From assembly GCA_964535095.1 (NCBI GenBank), contig CAZHSU010000001.1, positions 1 to 28,944 on the forward strand: 28,944 nt of DNA, in the 5' to 3' direction. The position numbers were made by a program, and so were the translations under genes. This DNA is from an uncultured Candidatus Saccharibacteria bacterium (GTDB taxonomy: Bacteria > Patescibacteriota > Dojkabacteria > SC72). A model generated the notes under the pieces. That model made no database searches. It saw nothing but the letters and a program-made list of their open reading frames with translations, and was not told the origin of the DNA. Shown here in pieces: positions 23,097-28,944 of the stretch (its first letter is position 1; every line of letters begins with the position of its first letter).

Positions 23097-23107
23097 AGAA
23101 ACTGCCA

Positions 23108-23965
23108 ATGAAACAACATGCAATACCTCAAAATGTATTAGATGTCGAATTTAAACTTTTTACTAAATTCACACTAAAAGAGTTTGCCTATCTAGCTTTA
23201 GGTCTAGGTATTTCTGGTATCATGATCTATCTAATGGTTGGCAATTCAATTAAACCAATCCTTGGAGTTCCAATAGCTGTTATTAGTGGGATTGCTGGAA
23301 TATTTCTAGCACTTGTGCCAATAAATGACCAGCCAGCAGACAAATTCATACAAAATTTCGTAGGAGCAATAACTTCACCGACCCAGAGGGTTTGGAAGAG
23401 TAAAGAAATGGGAAAACAGGCTGACAAACCTAATCTGAAACCTGCAGAAGATGGCACATTAATACATAAAGATATGAAAGAGGTAAAGAAAAAGATAATT
23501 GGTGGAAGTCAAGATGTACTAGAAGAACAGATAGATGATGCAGATAAGGATATTTTTGCAGAGATAGATTCTGCAAATCAAAATACTAAAGTTATAGAGG
23601 ATATCCAACAAGTAGAAAATATAACAACAACACAACCCACGAAGGTCACAATAACAAGCCATAATATTCAGAATTTCCAGTTCAATGCAAATGGGATGGA
23701 AAATCTACCTGGAAATATAAATATATGGCTATGTGATAATGAATATAAGCCAATACAAAATGTGATATCCTATCTCAAAGATTCATCTGGGAAATTACTA
23801 TTTGCAAACAAAACTGGAGCAAATGGATACTTTTTGACAAATAAAATGTGGAATCCTGGACATTATATTATTGAATTTGAGCATCCAGAGTACAAATTCC
23901 CCAAAGTTGAGATTCTATTAGAAGATATTAACAATAAATTACCTATTAAGATAAACAGTTTGTAA
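23108..23965 (+). CDS. PrgI-family (VirB3-like) membrane protein with C-terminal beta-sandwich extension
   Basis: QHAIPQNVLDVEFKL..FTLKEFAYL, two TM helices, INDQPADKF..F..AITSPTQRVW; C-terminal KTGANGYF...PGHYIIEFEHPEY. Confidence 0.75.
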   Translation: MKQHAIPQNVLDVEFKLFTKFTLKEFAYLALGLGISGIMIYLMVGNSIKPILGVPIAVISGIAGIFLALVPINDQPADKFIQNFVGAITSPTQRVWKSKEMGKQADKPNLKPAEDGTLIHKDMKEVKKKIIGGSQDVLEEQIDDADKDIFAEIDSANQNTKVIEDIQQVENITTTQPTKVTITSHNIQNFQFNANGMENLPGNINIWLCDNEYKPIQNVISYLKDSSGKLLFANKTGANGYFLTNKMWNPGHYIIEFEHPEYKFPKVEILLEDINNKLPIKINSL

Positions 23966-23966
23966 T

Positions 23967-24599
23967 ATGGAGAAAAATGCTCGTGCAAGAGCGACAGCAA
24001 CAACACAAGACCATTTAGCGATAAAGGAGATTCGAGATGACCTTGTCATTAATAAAAACGGGAGTGTTGCTATGGTAATACAAACTTCAGCTATTAACTT
24101 CGATCTTCTTGCAGAATATGAACAAGATAATAAGATTTATGCCTTTGCAGGATTGCTAAATTCGTTAAACTTCAGGATACAGATACTTATAAGAACAAAG
24201 AGGATTGATATCAGTAACTATATTACATATCTGAAAGCTCAGAAACAGGAAACCATGACAGAAGGCTTAAAAAAACAATTAGATATATATACCCATTTTG
24301 TCGAGAACTTAATTGTACAAAACAATGTGTTAGATAAGAGTTTCTTCATCGTGGTCCCATATCATAGTGGAGGAGTTATCCCAGATAATTCAATTTTAAA
24401 TTCTAAAAAGAAAAGCAAGGAGGAAGAAGAAGCTTCAAGCATAAAAACAGAGCAACTCCTTGAGAAAGCGAAAATCTTTCTGTATCCAAAGAGAGATCAC
24501 ATACTAAAACAACTTAACGGAATGGGTCTCTCTGGCAACCAGTTAACAACAAAAGATTTAATCTCAGAATTTTATACTACATATAACCCAGAAGAATAG
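23967..24599 (+). CDS. TraC/VirB4 N-terminal-like T4SS accessory protein
   Basis: TTQDHLAIKEIRDDLVI, INFDLLAEYEQ..IYAFAGLLNSLNFRIQILIRTKRIDIS; position between PrgI and VirB4. Confidence 0.65.
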   Translation: MEKNARARATATTQDHLAIKEIRDDLVINKNGSVAMVIQTSAINFDLLAEYEQDNKIYAFAGLLNSLNFRIQILIRTKRIDISNYITYLKAQKQETMTEGLKKQLDIYTHFVENLIVQNNVLDKSFFIVVPYHSGGVIPDNSILNSKKKSKEEEEASSIKTEQLLEKAKIFLYPKRDHILKQLNGMGLSGNQLTTKDLISEFYTTYNPEE

Positions 24600-24601
24600 T
24601 A

Positions 24602-27049
24602 ATGGAAGATAAGAAAACATTTACAAGTCAAACAACACAGAAACTGACATCAATGCAGGATCAGTTAAAAACTTCTGGACAAAAATATGCAGAATATCAG
24701 ACATTGATACAGTCTGAGTTGGATAGTGTTAAGCCTCGAAGTGATAACCCTACTGCAGAATTTGTAGAGCCAGTAAAGGAAGAGGAAGAGAAAAAGAATC
24801 CTCTTTTTAAGATGCTAGACAAGATTTCCGAGATGGTAAATAAGGATAAACCGAAAGAAACAGAGAAACCTTCTCCTGAAGAGATTCAGGAGGTTGAGCA
24901 TTCCTCAAGAGGACAAGAATTAGAAAATACTATTGGAGCACCAACAGATCTCTCCATACAAGATTTAATTGCACCAATTGACCTTGAGGTGGATTTCAAT
25001 CATTTGCAGATGGGGCAATACTATTTTAGAACTCTTTTTGTAAGTGGATATCCAAGATTTGTTGGACCAAACTGGCTCTCCCCTATTATTAACTTTGAAC
25101 ATTCACTCAGAATTAGCACTTTCTATTACCCCGTAGATTCCAAGGATATTCTAGACAAGCTTAAAAAGAAGATTGGGGAAATGGAAGCAACTCTTTATAC
25201 TCAGATAGAAGAGAGGAAAGCTGTAGACCCTTCACTTAAAGTTGCCCTCTCTGATGCTCAGCAATTGCAAGACTCCATTGCAGAGGGGACAGAAAAATTC
25301 TTCCATTTCACAATGTATGTCACACTCTATGCAAAAGATATGGATTCACTGGAAAAGATTACTAGAAATGTAATATCTACTTTTGCAGCAATGAATGTAA
25401 CCGCAAAAACTGCGACATTACAGCAAGAGAATGCATTTATAAGTACACAACCATTAGGAAGTGATAAGCTCTACATTACAAGAAACATGGATACTACTTC
25501 TCTTGCAACCACATTCCCATTTGTTACATCTGAATTAACAATGGATCATGGAATTATGTATGGATTGAATATGCATAACAAAAGTTTGATTGTATTTGAC
25601 CGTTTTGAACTCCCTAATGCAAATTCTGTTATATTCGCAACTTCTGGTGCTGGTAAGAGTTATTTTATTAAACTTGAAGCACTGAGAAGCCTTATGCTAG
25701 GTGCAGAAATTATTATTATTGACCCGGAGAGAGAGTATGAGACATTAGCGAAGGCAGTGAATGGATCATACATCTCCTTCTCACAGGACAAAGGACATAA
25801 GATGAATCCTTTTGAGCTCTCAGGAGCAAGAAGCCAAGATGGGGAAGAAGACGAGCTAAGAATTAAAATGCTTTCCTTGCTTGGTTTTTTCAAAGTTCTT
25901 TTCGGAGGAATCACAAATATTGAAGAATCCATTTTAGACAGAGCATTAAACTTGGCATATAGAGAGAAAGGCATTACATTGGATCCAGAGACACAATCCA
26001 AAGAACCTCCAATGTTAGAGGACTTGTACAAAGTTCTGAAAGGGATGGCAGAAACAGAAGCTCATGGATTAGCTAGAAGAATGGAGAAGTATATAATTGG
26101 AAGTGGAGCAGGTGTTTTCAATGAAGCAACAAACTTTGAGATTAATAATCCCTTTACTGTCTTTAGTATTAGAGATCTGCAAGATGAACTTAAACCTCTA
26201 GCAATGTATCTAATGTTGGACTTCATCTGGACAAAAATTCGTAAAGAGAAAAAGAGAAGATTACTCATTGTTGATGAGGCTTGGTACATGATGCAAGATC
26301 CAGAATCTGCAAAATTCATGTACTCTATTGCTAAGAGAGCTAGGAAATATTACTTAGGACTTTCCACAATTACACAGGATGTTGCAGATTTCTTAAACAA
26401 CGATATGGGAAGAGCCATTATTACAAACTCCTCCATGCAAATATTGATGAAACAGAGCCCTACTGCGGTAGATTTACTACAAAATGTATTTGGACTTTCA
26501 GATGGAGAAAGAAGCTTCCTTCTAAGCTGTGAAAAAGGTCAGGGACTCTTCTTCGCAGGCTCCAATCATGTAGGTATACAGGTTCTTTCAAGTCAAGCTG
26601 AAAATGAGATTATAACCTCAGATCCAAAAGAACTTGAGAAGATGAAAGAACGAGAAGGCCAAACAGACACAAGAAGCATTGAAGAACTAGCACAGGTATA
26701 TGAGCCTCCAGCAGCACAACGAAGGATAAGTAAGGTTAGTGGACATAGACAAGATGAGATTATTAGAGGTGCAGTAGTAAAGAAAGAGAGTGAGAGTAAG
26801 AAATTAGAAGGAGAGAGAGAAAGATACCAAAGGGAGTTAGAGCAGAGAATTAGAGAACAGGAGGATTTAGTTAATCCAGAGAAAAAGAGGGAGCAACAAA
26901 GTGTTCTTGATGATATTAATAACAGAACAATTACTGGACAAGTTGTGAACTCCAGAAAAGAGGCACAGAAAGGAAGTCAGCATTTAACACCACAAGGAAT
27001 GATTGAAAGCTTTGGAAAAGATAATAACAAAAATGTTCCTAATACCTAA
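24602..27049 (+). CDS. VirB4-like type IV secretion ATPase
   Basis: NANSVIFATSGAGKS (Walker A), IIDPEREY, MNPFE, LLIVDEAW (Walker B), RARKY, ITQDVADF, NSSMQILMKQ, GQGLFFAG. Confidence 0.92.
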   Translation: MEDKKTFTSQTTQKLTSMQDQLKTSGQKYAEYQTLIQSELDSVKPRSDNPTAEFVEPVKEEEEKKNPLFKMLDKISEMVNKDKPKETEKPSPEEIQEVEHSSRGQELENTIGAPTDLSIQDLIAPIDLEVDFNHLQMGQYYFRTLFVSGYPRFVGPNWLSPIINFEHSLRISTFYYPVDSKDILDKLKKKIGEMEATLYTQIEERKAVDPSLKVALSDAQQLQDSIAEGTEKFFHFTMYVTLYAKDMDSLEKITRNVISTFAAMNVTAKTATLQQENAFISTQPLGSDKLYITRNMDTTSLATTFPFVTSELTMDHGIMYGLNMHNKSLIVFDRFELPNANSVIFATSGAGKSYFIKLEALRSLMLGAEIIIIDPEREYETLAKAVNGSYISFSQDKGHKMNPFELSGARSQDGEEDELRIKMLSLLGFFKVLFGGITNIEESILDRALNLAYREKGITLDPETQSKEPPMLEDLYKVLKGMAETEAHGLARRMEKYIIGSGAGVFNEATNFEINNPFTVFSIRDLQDELKPLAMYLMLDFIWTKIRKEKKRRLLIVDEAWYMMQDPESAKFMYSIAKRARKYYLGLSTITQDVADFLNNDMGRAIITNSSMQILMKQSPTAVDLLQNVFGLSDGERSFLLSCEKGQGLFFAGSNHVGIQVLSSQAENEIITSDPKELEKMKEREGQTDTRSIEELAQVYEPPAAQRRISKVSGHRQDEIIRGAVVKKESESKKLEGERERYQRELEQRIREQEDLVNPEKKREQQSVLDDINNRTITGQVVNSRKEAQKGSQHLTPQGMIESFGKDNNKNVPNT

Positions 27050-27281
27050 GAAAAAAATTGAAGAAAATAAAGAACCCCTAAGGGAAGAGCTATACCTTGT
27101 AACACAAGCTGTTGATACAAGTACAATCGAGGAAGAACAGAAAGACTCTGATTTAGAACAACTAGAAAAAGCAGAAGAGAGAGTTAATTACAAGTCGGAT
27201 ATTGCGAAAGCTGTAAAAGACCCCCTCGTTTCTAGAGCTGCAACATCTTTACAATTGAAAAATCCATTCAAGGGGATTTAG
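27033..27281 (+). CDS. Small acidic hypothetical protein (about 82 aa)
   Basis: ATG overlaps the VirB4 3' end; the track's TTG 27003 start is an alternative. No recognisable motif. Confidence 0.5.
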   Translation: MFLIPKKKIEENKEPLREELYLVTQAVDTSTIEEEQKDSDLEQLEKAEERVNYKSDIAKAVKDPLVSRAATSLQLKNPFKGI

Positions 27282-28480
27282 CTTAGTGGACCTTGATCCA
27301 AATCCAAAAATTCTCTCAAGTTATCCTTACGAATGACAACTGGCAAAGGTGCTCCATCTATAATTTTTCTAGCAGCACTTCTTATCATTGCAGAGATATT
27401 CCTCTCTAACTGTCTAATTCCTGCATCAAAACCTACTGGCCTGATGACAGAAAGCCAAACATCTTCCTCTATTTCTAATTGGTCTGGTGTAATATGCAAA
27501 TCCTCCAGAATCTTAGGAAGAATATATTGTTTTGCAATAACACCTTTCTCGTCATCCGAATAACTGGTAAATCTAATAACCTCTACCCTATCAATCAATG
27601 CTGCTGAAAGTCCTCCCAAATTATTCGCTGTACAGATAAACATAACTTTGGAGAGATCAATTGGATAATCGATGTAGTGATCCATAAATGTCGAATTCTG
27701 TTCAGGATCTAAAATCTCCAAAAGAGTTGCCATAACATCACTTAGCAAGCCTGCACTACCACTTGCCTTCTCTATCTCGTCTAACAAAATTACTGGATTC
27801 ATAGTTCCACACCTGATAAGAGCCTTCACAATTTGACCTGGCTCACCATCTGGAGAATACCTAGGAGTTCCTCTGAGAGTTCTAACATCACCAATAGCAC
27901 CCAATGATATTCTTGCAAACTTTCTGTCCATAGCATCCGCAATAGACTTTGCAATAGAGGTTTTACCCACACCCTGCAATCCTAGAAAAAGAAAAACTGG
28001 AGAACTCAATGAAGATTCTTCAGAAACCCTCTGGTGAATTCGTGGACTGGGGGATTGAGAAAAACTTGCTATCTGTGTTGGAATATTTCCTACATTCACC
28101 TCCTCTAATTTTCTTGAATTATCTATACTCAACTGCATTGCTGCAAGATAGTCCAATATTAAGTTCTTAACAGACTCCATCCCATGATGGGAAGAATCCA
28201 AAAGAGCTTTAGCATTTCTAATATCCAAATTGTCCTTAGAAGTAATACCCCATGGCACTTTAGTAATCCAATCTATATATTTATTTACATTTTCAAATTC
28301 ACTACTATACCCACCCAATTTAATCATTCTTTTTAATCTTTCGATAGATTGGAGAGTATCTTCTTTTAATTCCTCTGGGGTTGAAGAGCTCAGAAGCCTT
28401 TCTTGTAAAGAAATTATTTCCTTTATACTCTCATCTATTCCAGTGTTATTATTAGAATTTGTCATTGTTGAATACTCCAT
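27278..28480 (-). CDS. Lon-family AAA+ ATPase lacking the N-terminal and protease domains (about 400 aa)
   Basis: YIDWITKVPW..SKDNLDI..AK..LD..HHGMESVKNLILDYLA, Walker A GLQGVGKTS, NPVILLDEIEK, LLEILDPEQNSTFMDHY, DLSKVMFICTAN, LIDRVEVI, GIRQLER. Stops where the Lon protease domain would begin. Confidence 0.9.
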   Translation of the reverse strand: MEYSTMTNSNNNTGIDESIKEIISLQERLLSSSTPEELKEDTLQSIERLKRMIKLGGYSSEFENVNKYIDWITKVPWGITSKDNLDIRNAKALLDSSHHGMESVKNLILDYLAAMQLSIDNSRKLEEVNVGNIPTQIASFSQSPSPRIHQRVSEESSLSSPVFLFLGLQGVGKTSIAKSIADAMDRKFARISLGAIGDVRTLRGTPRYSPDGEPGQIVKALIRCGTMNPVILLDEIEKASGSAGLLSDVMATLLEILDPEQNSTFMDHYIDYPIDLSKVMFICTANNLGGLSAALIDRVEVIRFTSYSDDEKGVIAKQYILPKILEDLHITPDQLEIEEDVWLSVIRPVGFDAGIRQLERNISAMIRSAARKIIDGAPLPVVIRKDNLREFLDLDQGPLS

Positions 28481-28523
28481 ATTTATCAAGTGTATATACT
28501 TGCAAGGATGAAGTCAAACAGCT

Positions 28524-28552
28524 TTGACATAACAATTCAGTCATGGTAATCT
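28524..28552 (+). promoter_or_regulatory. Sigma70 promoter of the 28581 gene
   Basis: TTGACA-17 nt-TAATCT with TG extension. Confidence 0.7.
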
Positions 28553-28580
28553 TTATGCAATAAATTGACTGCCCTAGGAA

Positions 28581-28944
28581 ATGAAAAAAACCTCTATTTT
28601 TTATGCCATTCTTTTTTTGTTGATATCCCCTATTTTAACTTTTGCTGCAGATATTACTCTTGAAGATACCTCTGTGGAGACAAATAAAAGTATTTCTGTA
28701 AGTGTAAATACTAAAGAGGAAACAGTAGAAGCAGTTAAAGTTGCAATACAGGTTCCGGAAGATATAACTATCTCCGATGTTACACAAGGAGATTTTGAAT
28801 GTGCAATGTTTTCCCATACCCAAAATGGAAGTGTACTAGAAATTACCTGTACGACGGGAGAAGGGAGTATGATTAACTCTTCAATTGCCAGAGTTAGTTT
28901 TACAACAACATCTGAGAATTATGATTTTAGTATTCTGAGAGATG
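28581..28944 (+). CDS. Secreted protein with signal peptide and cohesin-like beta-sandwich; 3' end off the window
   Basis: Not in the track (no stop). MKKTSIFYAILFLLISPILTFA|ADITLEDTSVETNKSISVSVNT...VKVAIQVPEDITISDVTQGDFEC...LEITCTT...IARVSFTT; open to the window end. Confidence 0.75.
   Translation, partial: MKKTSIFYAILFLLISPILTFAADITLEDTSVETNKSISVSVNTKEETVEAVKVAIQVPEDITISDVTQGDFECAMFSHTQNGSVLEITCTTGEGSMINSSIARVSFTTTSENYDFSILRD

Noticed and set aside
2289-26319. Remaining short ORFs in the track nested in or antisense to assigned genes (e.g. 5038-5550, 6631-7032, 13131-13508, 15034-15465, 19604-19912, 25660-26031)
   Set aside because: Fully overlap well-supported genes; hydrophobic/Ser-Phe-rich composition expected from the reverse of A-rich coding DNA.
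23108-27281. Integrative conjugative element or prophage
   Set aside because: No integrase, relaxase, att repeats, phage genes or obvious compositional boundary in the window.

Overview
AT-rich bacterial chromosome segment in the standard genetic code. Gene content and style suggest a Patescibacteria/CPR organism, possibly Dojkabacteria-like; this is inference only. Core genes: infB (3' end off the window), nusA, dnaJ, alaS, ruvX/yqgF, mltG, an LCP protein, holA, rpsT, lepA and recF. They are interleaved with cell-surface genes: a sortase, an orphan TM-anchored solute-binding protein, Ig-like/cadherin-like proteins and an IPDTG-bearing DUF11-like protein. The right end carries a relaxase-less PrgI/TraC-like/VirB4 cluster converging on a Lon-type AAA+ ATPase that has no protease domain. 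Non-coding signals read from the sequence: -10 boxes 6-9 nt upstream of the ATG of eight genes (leaderless-type initiation, almost no Shine-Dalgarno sites); a promoter-terminator leader before nusA; a CIRCE-like operator on the dnaJ promoter; a 204-nt nested three-way inverted-repeat element between dnaJ and the sortase; and a 121-nt tandem duplication with three REP-like palindromes upstream of lepA. No rRNA, tRNA, CRISPR array, transposase or integrase was found. Family assignments come from motif recognition, not database searches.
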